Below, piece by piece: positions 13,250 to 23,467 of a stretch of DNA of 64,000 nucleotides. A model generated the notes under the pieces. The model saw only the letters and a list, made by a program, of their open reading frames with translations, searched no databases and had not been told where the DNA came from. The stretch is from Camelus ferus (taxonomy: Eukaryota): assembly GCF_009834535.1 (NCBI RefSeq), contig NC_045696.1, positions 58,778,001 through 58,842,000 of the forward strand, given 5' to 3'. How positions within the stretch are numbered: position 1 is the stretch's first letter; each line of letters starts with the position of its first letter. Position numbers and translations under genes: made by a program.

Positions 13250-13581
13250 TATCAGATACGCGAAGGAAACGGGAGGATATGAAACCCCAAATCCCTTTCC
13301 AGCATCACCATGAATACTGGGAACCTCTGGTTGAAAGAGCATGCTGACATGGGCTGGCCAGGATGTTCTATGTAACAGCTTTCATTTTTTGTTTCTGTTT
13401 TTTATAAAATCCCAGGCCCATGTGCACTGGATTTTGGTTTTTGTTTTGTTTTATTTATTTTTTTTAGTATTTTAAAAATAGTTCTTACTTATTTTCTGTG
13501 AAACGCATTGGGAACTGAAAAAGTCTGCAGCATTTTTTGTCATTGGAAAGTTTGTTTCTGGGGGAGTGGAGGAAGCAGGAA

Positions 13582-13664
13582 CTATTCAAATTTCTTGTGT
13601 TCTTCAGTATGAGAAAGGATCTTTCTTCTCTGGTGTATCATGTGGTAGTATAACTGGGGAAAAA
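13582..13664 (-). CDS. HACD2: HACD2 terminal coding exon (83 nt including TAG), ending in the KKFE dilysine ER-retrieval motif
   Basis: Long pyrimidine tract, then ttccAG|TT TTT CCC CAG...AAA TTT GAA TAG. Translates to (I)[26 protein letters not shown]. Phase 1 matches the previous exon. Confidence 0.98.
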
Positions 13665-13964
13665 CTGGAAAGAAAAGAAAGAAAAGGTTAAGGAGATGAT
13701 TTAAAATCGCAAGTTCTGTGTAAGGTGCTTGGATTTGAGGGCTTCTCTGAGTCTCTGACTCCTTCCTCATCCAGCAACTAAGGACAGTGACAAGGTGGGC
13801 CTGGGAAGAGAGGAAAAGCACAGATTTACTTTCCCTACTTTGGCCGAGGGGGAAGCACAGTGTGGATTAGAATGACAGGCACTACTGACACTATCGGTAC
13901 CAACCAAGAGGCCACAGGGCCAGCAGATAATACTCATACCCTCTCACATCGTCGCCTTCACATT

Positions 13965-14122
13965 TATTTTGATTTCACAACAACGAGGTGAAGAATTCTA
14001 GTGACGGAGTTATTATTCCCTTTCATAGAGGAGGAACTCAAGTCCCAGAGACGGTAGGCACTTGCCTGGGGTCTCACAGCAAATCACTGACAGGCAGGAC
14101 CAGGTTCGTGGCTCCTGACTCT
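13965..14122 (-). mobile_element. MIR fragment
   Basis: TCACAACAAC...TATTATTCCCTTTCATAGAGGAGGAACT...ACTTGCC...TCACAGC...CCTGACTC. Confidence 0.6.
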
Positions 14123-14719
14123 GTCTTGCCCTCTCTGTCACCCTCTTAGTCTTGGAATAGGGAGGCTTTCCAAAAAGTAATTCCCAAGAAAGGCTGTACT
14201 TTGGAAAGACTGAGGAGGGGAAGGAGTACTACACACCTAAACACCTCTGGATGTAAAAATGTGAGTAAAAAGTAAGCCCTTAAGCTCTGGAGAGTCTGTT
14301 CTTGGTCATTTCATAGATTACTTTTTTTTTTAAGCTAAAATAATCCTTTAGTAGGCATTTCATAGCTTACTCAGTTTTTTATAAACATTTTTTTTATTGA
14401 GTTATAATCATTTTACAATGTTGTGTCAAATTCCAGTGTAGAGCACAATTTTTCAGTTATACATGAACATACATATATTCATTGTCAAATTTTTTTTTCA
14501 CTGTGAGCTACCACAAGATCCTGCATATATTTCCCTGTGCTATACAGTACAATCTTGTTTATCTATTCTGCATTTTAAAATCCCAGTCTATCCCTTCCCC
14601 CCCCCCGCCACCCCTGGCAACCACAAGCTTGTACTCTATGTCTATGAGTCTGTTTCTGTTTTGTATTTATTTATTTATTTACTTTTTAGCTTCCTCATAT
14701 GAGCGATCTCACATGGCAT

Positions 14720-15052
14720 TTTTCTCTCTCTCTGGCTCACTTCACTCAGAATGACATTCTCCAGTAACATCCATGTTGCTGCAAATGGCGTTATGTTGTC
14801 AGGTTTTGTGGCTGAGTAGTATTCCATTGTATAAATATATCACACCTTCTTTATCCAGTCATCTGTTGATGGACATCTAGGCTGCTTCCATGTCTTGGCT
14901 ATTGTAAATAGTGCTGCTATGAACATTCGGGTGCAGGTGTCATTTTGAAGTAGGGTTCCTTCTGGATATATGCCCAGGAGTGGGATTCCTGGGTCCTATC
15001 ATAAGTCTATTCCTAGTCTTTTGAGGAATCTCCATACTGTCTTCCACAGTGG
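14720..15052 (-). pseudogene. L1 ORF2p C-terminal remnant (downstream of the zinc knuckle only)
   Basis: PLWKTVWRFLKRLGIDL**DPGIPLLGIYPE...MFIAALFTIAKTWKQPRCPSTDDWIKKV*YIYTMEYYSA...FAATWMLLENVILSEVSQ. Confidence 0.9.
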
Positions 15053-15195
15053 CTTTCCTTGTTTCCCTCTCCCACCCTTAATGATTTAGATGTCTTCTTT
15101 TAAAATTTTGTGTTTATCCTATTTGTAATTCATGGTAGTTATCTCCTTTCCAGTTATGAGTTTCTCATTTTTGTAGCATCCTGCTTCTTTTCTAT

Positions 15196-16087
15196 TTAAA
15201 GTAGACCTGTCAATACTCCTTTTAGCGTGGGTTTAGTGTTGCTAAACTCTTTCAGTTTTTGCTTGTCTCTGAAGTTCTTTCTCTCTCCTTCTATTCTAAA
15301 GGATACCCTTGCTGGATTGAATATCCTAGGCTGCATCTTTTCTTCATTCAGGACTTTGAATATATCTTGCCACTCCCTTCTGGCCTAGTGTTTGTGTAGA
15401 GAAATCAGCTGAGAGCCTTATGGGGCTTCCCTTGTAACTCACTCTTTGTTTTTCTCTTGCTGCCTTTAGGATCATTTCTTTATCCTTGACTCTGGCCATC
15501 TTGATGATGATATGTCTTGGTGTGGGTCTGTTTGGGTTCTTCCTGTTTGGGACCCTCTGAGCCTCCTGTACTTGGATATCTGATTCCTTCTTTAGGTTTG
15601 GGAAGTTTTCAGTCATGATTTCTTCAAATACCTTTTCAATCCCCTTTGTTCTTTCTTCCCCTTCTGGAGCCCTTATTATGTGTAGATTGGCATGCTTTAT
15701 ACTATCCTATAGGTCCCTTATATTGTTTTCATTGTTTTTATTTGTTTTTCTCTCAGCTGTTCTGATTGGGTGCTTTCTGTTGTCCTGTCTTCTAGGTCAC
15801 CTATTCATTCCTCTGCATTATCTAGCCTGCTTTGTACAGCCTTTAGGTCAGCTCTCATCTCAGCAAATGAGTTTACTAATTCTACTTGGTTCTTCTTTAT
15901 AGTTTCTATTTCATTTTTGACATACTTTATATCTCTAAACACTATTTCTTTTAGTTCCTTCAGTACTCTGATCAGTCCTTTTTTGAAATCTTGATCTAAG
16001 TAGGCCATCAATGTCTGTTTCCTTGATCGTGCTTTCAGGGGATTTCTCTTGATCTTTTAATTGGGAGTGGTTCCTCTGCTTCTTCAT
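15196..16087 (-). pseudogene. Decayed L1 ORF1p (coiled coil, RRM, CTD)
   Basis: Reads MKKQRNHSQLKDQEKSPE...LDNAEE*IGDLEDR...IMTENFPNLKKE...PTPRHIIIKM...ILKAAREK...PIRLSADFS...ARREWQDIFKVL...TKPTLKGVLTGLL*. Stops at 15805-15807 and 15707-15709. Frameshifts near 15998, 15737 and 15385. Confidence 0.92.
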
Positions 16088-16189
16088 ATTGCTCTTATCT
16101 CTCTGGCACTGTGGCTTAAGGAGTATCAGTTATCTAGTTCTCCTGGAGATGGTGTGCTCTTAATGATTTTTATCGAGAGGTCTTTGTGT

Positions 16190-17416
16190 CTTCGCCCTGT
16201 TTGGCAAACTCAGCTTGCTGTTTCCAGAGGCCCTCTGTTGGTGCCCTCTTCTGTGCTGGTCCCAGTGGCTGTCGGCTAGCAGATTGCGCCCCCTCCCAAC
16301 ACTGGGTCAGGTGCTGAGCTCTTACCCAGTGGGCGGGGGGGGGCGGGTCACTCCCCTTTCTGATGCCGCAGTCAGATGCTGCACTCGGGGGAGGCAGGTG
16401 GGCAGATCGCGCCCCCTCCCAGCACTGTGGTCAGGTGCTGCATTCCTGCCAGGAAGGCGGGTGACCACCCGCCCTCTCCAGGCACCGGTAGCTCCGCCTT
16501 GGGTCGGTGCCCCGAAGGCGGGCTCGGGGAAGACCGCAGAACGGCCCCGCCTCTGCTCAGTGCCAAATCTCAGCTCCTTGTTTGTCTTGGCCACAGGAGT
16601 TCTCTGAGGTGCTAGGGCAGAAAGATCCTATCTGCCTCAGGCTGTAAACAAGTCTCAGTCCTGCCTAGGAGCTGTGGAGCCCCTGGGCGCGGATTCAGGC
16701 CTCGGCCCCACCCCTGCCCGGGCGGGCGCTGCGCACGGGGGAGATAGCGGCTGTGGCTGCGCCCTGCCTCTCTTCTTGTGAGAAGCTGCCAGTAATGGTG
16801 GCACAGGTCTGAGGAGACAAAGGCTACGCCCCCCCCTACCCCAGCACACCAGCCGTGTTGCCTTGCTTTTTTCGCAGTTTATGGGGGACCGAGGTTGTTC
16901 TGCTCTGTATCCCCTCCCAGCCATTGTGCGCAGCCCCCTGCAGTCCCCCGGGGCTGCCTCAGTGCAGCTACCCCCGTCTTCCGCCCAGCCCGGGTCGCCT
17001 GTCCCAGCCCCAGCTGCCAGCTTGCATCTCAGGCTGGGTGTCACGGGGACCCTTTGTGCCTGTTTAACTCAGTTCTGTCGGTCAAGGGGGTGCTTGGGGC
17101 AGATCTGAGCCTCAGAGGCTCCCCCTCTGTTCCGCTGGCCTTTCCGTTGGAGGGGGGAGCCCCAGCGAACGAGCGCCAGTCCTCCTTTGCCGCTCTCTCC
17201 CCGCGGGACCGGTCCCACATTGTTTTGCTTTTTCTTCTTTCTTTTTTCCTACCAGATTTTTGGTGTCTTTGTCTTTTGAAGAGGGCAATGTTCTGTTGGA
17301 GTTCGGCAGGTGCTCTGGTTGGCTGAATAGGTCCGTAGATGTGAGTTTTGGTGTACTTGTGGGAAAGGGTGAGCTGCAAGCGTCCTTCTACTCCGCCATC
17401 TTGCTTCTCCTCCCTA
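16190..17416 (-). promoter_or_regulatory. L1 5'UTR internal promoter, CpG-island-like
   Basis: The most CpG-dense part of the window, with a YY1 motif (CAAGATGGCGG) at about 17393-17403 and several GC boxes. Confidence 0.7.
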
Positions 17417-17474
17417 AGCTTACTCAGTTTTAATTTTGGTTTTTTTGTTTTTGTTTTCCCATTTATAATAAAAC

Positions 17475-17617
17475 TTTATTTTATTGAAGTATAGTTGGTT
17501 AACAATGCGGTAATTTCTGGTATACAGCATAGTGACTCAGTTACAACATATGTATTCCTTTTCATATTCTTTTTCATTATAGCCTATTACAAGGTATTGA
17601 ATATAGTTCCCTGGGCT
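17475..17617 (-). mobile_element. Short 5'-truncated L1 3' end
   Basis: Plus-strand TTTATTGAAGTATAGTTG...TATTGAATATAGTTCCCTG is the reverse complement of the L1 3' end also seen at ~37690-37825. Confidence 0.85.
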
Positions 17618-17633
17618 TAGATGACTTTAAAAA

Positions 17634-17839
17634 GGACTGGTTCTCAAATGAACAGGGTGGTACTGCCTCTGTAGGGAGTATTTGGAAATGGGGGCGGAGG
17701 AGAGTATGGGAGGGAGGAGATTACTGGCATTTAGCACACAGGGCCAGGAATGCCAAAATCCACAATGTGTGGCAGTCCCCCAGGACTAAGAATGGTCCCA
17801 CCCCAAATGCCTACAGTGTCCCTGCTGGGAAATGCCAGT
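17634..17839. mobile_element. hAT-Charlie MITE (MER20-like)
   Basis: TGGTTCTCAA...TACTGGCATTTAG...GGCCAGGAATGCCAAA...AAGAATGGTCCCACCCCAAATGCC. Confidence 0.7.
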
Positions 17840-20800
17840 TTAAGCTACCTGACCTTCACAGGGTTACTATAAACTGGGGGTTCAAGAACCATGTAAAAAA
17901 CTCCAGCGAGATGGTCTTGGGTGTACACTATCCTTCCTTCCCTTCCCAACAGCACTGATCTCTATTTCTTTTCGACTGTAACCTGTGTTTTGGGGGAGGT
18001 AATTTCTACTACAGCCAACTCTCCTCTGACAGTTTCTTCCTTTTTAAACGGGTTCCAAGTTGGCCAAATTTCAAATGATCCTTCCAAAGTACTCCAAGCC
18101 ATCAGTGGGTGTGTGCACGCAGATTTGATAAACTGCACAGGCGGCCTCGGTGCGGAGCCATCCACTCCACTCACTATTTACAGGCAGGAAGTTATTCACA
18201 GAAAAGACCCAGCTTGTGCATAAAATTCAACAGTGAGAGAACTATTTTGGTATGAAAGCCAGAAAATTTGACAAGTTCTATAATCTAAAAACTGGAAGCA
18301 AAGATATAATTAAACCATAAGGAATGCTAATTGTAATCATTTAAAAATGTAGGGCCAGTCACGTATCTATAGGTACACTTTAGTAAAGGGCAACTTTGTG
18401 GCAAAGTACACTGAGGACTTTCCTGCTGGTTGCATTTGTGACTACAGCCTCATAACAGGCGGCTAAGGCCTCATAGGGTCTGAGCGAGGACAGTGACTCA
18501 GAAGCCATTCATTAGGGCCTCAGTGGCAGCAAGATGGCCAAACATACCCTCATCCTGTAGGCAAGGGCTTGCTGGCTCCCAAGGGTCAGGGTTCAGAAAT
18601 GGAGGCCAGGTTTGGCCTTTCATCACTTTGTATCTTGCATAGGTTTCTTAGTGCCCAAGAGAAAGGGACATGGGGGGGGGGGCAGGAGAACGGGGGCACT
18701 TGGGCTGGAGTTCTCTACTGCTCCAGTAGTGACTTCCTGGTGACCAGAACTTGGGTGACACTGTCTCCATCTCAATTACCCACATGTTCACACTGAATCC
18801 AACCACAGTGGCTGAAACAATTTCAGATGCATGGCTACTACTTTTAACTACAATGAAAATCTCCACCTGAAAACAGGCTATTTGGAATTCTTCCCTCTGC
18901 TCTTGCAGCTCAGGACACGCAGGATGGAGGTGGTGGTTGTGCATGTGTGCATGTCCTGGAGCCTGTAAGGAGATGGTTCTCTTGCTCTCTAGGCAGAGGA
19001 AGACTTGAAGCTCAGAGCAACCTGAAATGCTCTGCCTGGGATGAGTTTCTTCTGTTTCTCTAAAAATCAGAGGTGTGGTTATGGTTACTGACATCCTGGA
19101 CAGTGCCCTCACCCTACATCAATGTTTCTCATTTCTCAGCCTTTTCTTTTAACCCCCACCTCTATAGCTAACTTTCACCAATTTGTGGGGATAGGGGGAC
19201 GGGGAGGGTGTAAACAGGACTTAGATGCCTACTGAGCCCTGCTCATACCATACATACTCATAGTACAACCGCAGCAGAGCAGGAGGGGAGCACCTTGCAA
19301 GGGACTCCAAAGCACCCATTATGAGAAAACTCCCAGGGCTGCAGCTCAAGGGCCAGACGCAACATGGGCCACATGTGCAACAGTGCAACACAAGGGCAGG
19401 CCACAGAGGGGACGTGCTGCTTTATGTCAGACATGTACACCATCAACTTCCCACTAAAGAAGGTTAAGAGAAACTTAAGTTGTAGAAATGAAACCAAATT
19501 TGGTAAAGAAGACTGCATGTCAACAGCAACCTCTCCTAACTCTGCATTTTCTTCCTATAAATACAAAGTTTTGGAAAGTTGGAAATGTGCAGTTGGCTGG
19601 AATGAACGTACAAACTGGTTTCAGTATCAACAACCTAAACTACTGAAAACACGCAGGGCCACCAGCTCAGGCCAGAGCACAGTGAGTGCCAGCAGACACA
19701 AACGACGTGTAGCAGAGGGTGCGGTCTGCGATGCCATCTTGAGCCTGGGCGGGGAGTTAGGGATTTGGAAGGAACCTTTTAGTCCCTGTCCTTGAAATGA
19801 ACCCCTTTTCTTGTTTTATAAGACTTAAGCTTCCTGAAAATAGAAAGGATACAGGCTTTAACCAAACCAAGTCCTCTTAGCAAAAAGGAGGCTGACGAGG
19901 GGGGCAGGACTGAGGTAAAGAAAGCAGATGTCTGTTGAGAGGAGAGGGCTGCCCTACTCTGTCGGACAGCTGGCCCTGACATCTGTGTTTTCTCTCTTTG
20001 AAGGCAGTGAAGGAAAATCCCAGAGAACTGGGGATCCTAGCATCAGGGAGGGCAGCCTGTGCCTGGCTAGGCGCCTTCCCCACACTGAGAGGCCAGCAGG
20101 CGGAGGCGGAAGGCTGGGTGCCGGTTGGCAACCAGAGCCCAAAGAAGACTAGGAGGTGCAGACAGCCTCAGATTGCCCTGGAGAACTGTTCCTGGAATAA
20201 AGCCCCTCCTTTTTCAATAGACCAGAAATCTTGCAGCAACTCTGAGGTGGGGGCCCCGGACTTCTGTCAGCGTGGCAGCACCTTGCTACTGGTTTGACTT
20301 CATGATATTCTCCTTGTCCCTTTCCCAGTCACACAATACAGCATCTATCCCCTGTTCATTCAAAGACTTATGTTGAATCTAAATAGATCTCATGATGCCC
20401 TGTGGGGATAATATTTGTTACTCTGGATGAGGCAACACTGCAACTTTGTCACTCTTGAGACTGAAAAATAAAACTCCAGGGAAACAAAATTAGAAAGGTG
20501 AAAAGCTCTAAGTTAGTTTTTACTACTTAAATTTTTACACTCTTCCATATTTATCGTTTGTTTGAAAATCAACTACCTTTTACATTTGAAGAGAGATGGC
20601 CTTTAGCCACCATGGTTCCAGCACCAGAGAGGAGGACCTGATCACAAATTAAGAGTGGAAAATGAACCATAAAGCAGAACAGCATTCAAGAGCTTCTCCA
20701 AGATAAATGTTCATGTGAAATCTGGATGTAGTTTTTTTCTCAAAATGCATGAAACGCAATTTTCCACAGGGGGACACAAACATGTCATCTATGGCTGTTA

Positions 20801-21745
20801 GGATGATTCATTCAGCTAATGCTGTGGGCTGAAGAAAAATCCAACCCTCCAGTCTGAATTTAACCTGAGGTTTAGGGGAGAATATAGCATCTTATAGACT
20901 AAAATAAGATTGAGAGTCACAATGCCTACGGAAGTGGCTAAATGAGAAGAAACATTAACTTTACACATCCTCGGGTAGAACAAGATCCTTTTGCACGTGT
21001 GCAAATCAATCGTAGGACTGCAACCGGATGTCAGAATTCGAGAAAAGGAATAAACAACTCTTCCTCAGCAAACAGGACTCACTTCACAGAAGCCTCAAAT
21101 GTGGCTTTTTCTCTCTGTTATGGAGGATATTGATAGGCACCTTTGATTATCCATATATTTAAATCTTCAGTAGCACTATTAAAATAACTGGAAACCATCC
21201 TGAAGAGAACACTGTGTCCCTGCTCAGATGGTTTTAAGTGCTTATTTCCAAACAAGAAAATAAGAAATATAGAAAAAAATAAATTAATCTATTTTTGCTT
21301 TGTTGTTTCTAGCTAACTACTGATTCCTTAGAAGTGAAGTAACTATTTTGATATAGTAAAAATGTGAAAATCTCTTTATAGTGTTTTTCAAATACCATAA
21401 CAAGCTGTTCTCAAGAGACAGAAGTCAAGGTGAGGTCTTTAATGGCTTTTTTTGCTTTCCTCTCAGTACTTTCCTCCATTAGATAGTTAACCTATCCTGG
21501 CACTCACTGTTTCAAACCCACACACTGAGAAGGGCTGCATTTTGGCAGCTTTACTGAGAAGGGTTCATCTTTATTCAATTACCACCAGAGAAAATTCCCT
21601 CTGATAGTCAGCATTCAACAAAAACCAAAGCGTTCCCAATAAACTAGATTTATGGTGTAAAAAACAACCAAAGGCATTTTAACTCTAGTTACTGTAGAGC
21701 CAATTTTTAAAACATAAATAAATATATGCATAACTGTTTACTTAC

Positions 21746-21924
21746 TTGGAATGTAGGAGATCATTATCAGAATTAGGAATGCATAGTAGTCAAAGGAGAA
21801 ATTGTACTTGTTAGGTAAACTGATGGAGTACAGGCCAGCCTGTCTAACAAAGGGCAAGGCGGCATATATTGTGAGCAGTTCTCCTGACACTCCCATTGGG
21901 TACAGCACGATGAAAAGGGTGTAC
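21746..21924 (-). CDS. HACD2: HACD2 internal coding exon (179 nt; probably exon 6) with catalytic Tyr/Glu motif
   Basis: ttttAG|G TAC ACC...ATT CCA A|GTAAGT translates to (R)[59 protein letters not shown]. LYPxGxxxE carries the Tyr and Glu that are essential in Phs1/HACD enzymes. Confidence 0.98.
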
Positions 21925-23345
21925 CTAAAACAAAACAAAACATTCGTTACTGAGGTTCGAAGCCAGCTTTGGTAGAGATAAGACGAGGTGGAGCGCGTTC
22001 CAGGCGGTATGGCCATAGACCAGCTTTAGTAAGAGAGACTCACCCCACCCCGCTAATCAGTACTGGTCTTGTAGAAAGCTATTGCTTATACATTTTCCTG
22101 TTTACCCACTGCTTAAATTCAGGTTTTAAGAGCTAGTTTTTGAAAGGGCCAAAACAGGTTTGTTTCTGAATGTCCTAAAATAAAATAAATGTGTTTGGCC
22201 AGCCTCAAAATTTGGTCTGACTGAAAAAGTAACTCTTCAAAACAACTTAAAATAACTAAGATGATGCCAAATATTGGTATAGTAGGGGCACTGAGCCATG
22301 GTTTACATTGAAGGGTCCTGCCCTGTGGGGTAGGGGTGGACTTGCTGGGGGGAAGGTACTGGAACACAATGTTGAGGAACCCCTACGACGTACACCAAGT
22401 TGGGTCTGTGGACTGAAAAAAATTGGCACATCCAACGTATGTGCAGTGCTACAATTTTCCAAATGTCTGTATGTGCTACTGTGAAAAATAAAATAAATGC
22501 TAATTTAAACGAGGATAGAAACAAGGATAGAAAGCTTTCACCAGCCTGCCCAGTGTGGTTAGGAATTGCTGTTTTTTCCCATTCTCCCCTTTTCCTAATA
22601 CAAATGTTTACTGCAAAAAAAAAAAAAAAGAGAAGTTCACATGCTTGAAATGTTGGAAACATTTGGTTTATGTCTCTATTTAAACATTAAACTCATAAAT
22701 TGTTTAGGAGCTACCATTTTCCTTTTTTGAAATGAAGCACTTTGGCCCCAAGGACAATTTTGATCCTTTGGCTTTGTCAGTCCTTCCTGTAGTCTTTCCC
22801 AAAGAGGAAAATTGCTCACAACTGTCTCACAGATTAGTTCAGATAAACAGATGAAAACTAACAGCCTTTTACCCAATCCATAACACATATTACTGCTAAA
22901 AATAATCACAGCAAAATAAACTGGTAATATGCTAAAACTAACATGTAATATCTGTTATTAATTAAAAATTAATTTAAGAGTTATCTTGTTGGCAAAATTG
23001 ACACGAGAACTGACTTGGTCCAAAAACTATCATAATGGCAGAAACTCATCAGTAAAATTTTATATGGACAAAAAAGGGATGGAATATCAAATTTCTATTG
23101 AATAATTTAATTGAAAAGAACTGATCCCAAAGAAATAAGTAGAGATAAAAAATTTAAGTGTTTCCATTAATCAAAATTATGTAGAATCCCTTATCCTGAT
23201 GAAATCTACAGACCAGATTTCTACCCAACCCGTGTCTCACACACACAATTTTATTTTTAAAAACAAAAATAATACTTAGGCAATAAAGGAAAAATACAGT
23301 GATAGGTCATTTCAAAAGTTAGCCTTCATCTGTGTACTTCTTTAC

Positions 23346-23467
23346 CTGGCCCATTTGATGAGGTAAGGCAGATGGTTTAACAGACTGAACGTATAAAAGG
23401 AGTAACGGATAATTTCTGTGACTGTCCAGGCAATGACAAACAGCAGGACGCTGTCTTCACTCTGTAC
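23346..23467 (-). CDS. HACD2: HACD2 internal coding exon (122 nt; probably exon 5)
   Basis: Polypyrimidine tract, then ttcAG|GTA CAG AGT...TGG GCC AG|GTAAAG. Translates to [40 protein letters not shown](R), including the PTPLA-family W-x-x-TEIIRY motif. Confidence 0.98.

Larger units (their letters stand above)
10650..13581 (-). other. HACD2: HACD2 3'UTR (long form; distal end inferred)
   Basis: AU-rich sequence with no recognised repeats follows the stop codon. It ends in a U/UGUA-rich block with AATAAA at 10667-10672. The end point is inferred from the motif only. Confidence 0.65.
14379..17416 (-). mobile_element. Internally deleted LINE-1 (5'UTR + ORF1 + spacer + ORF2 C-terminal stub + 3'UTR); HAL1/spliced-L1-like
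   Basis: Perfect 15-bp TSD AGCTTACTCAGTTTT at 14364-14378 and 17417-17431, with a TT|AAAA endonuclease site on the minus strand. The 5' end GGGAGGAGAAGCAAGATGGCGG carries the YY1 motif. It also has a GC/CpG-rich 5'UTR, ORF1 homology, an ORF2 stub and AATAAA followed by an A tail. Confidence 0.93.

Noticed and set aside
16215..17379. Multiple overlapping 100-140 aa ORFs in the L1 5'UTR (ORF0-like?)
   Set aside because: Expected from stop-codon scarcity in GC-rich DNA. Mostly non-ATG starts and no supporting similarity.
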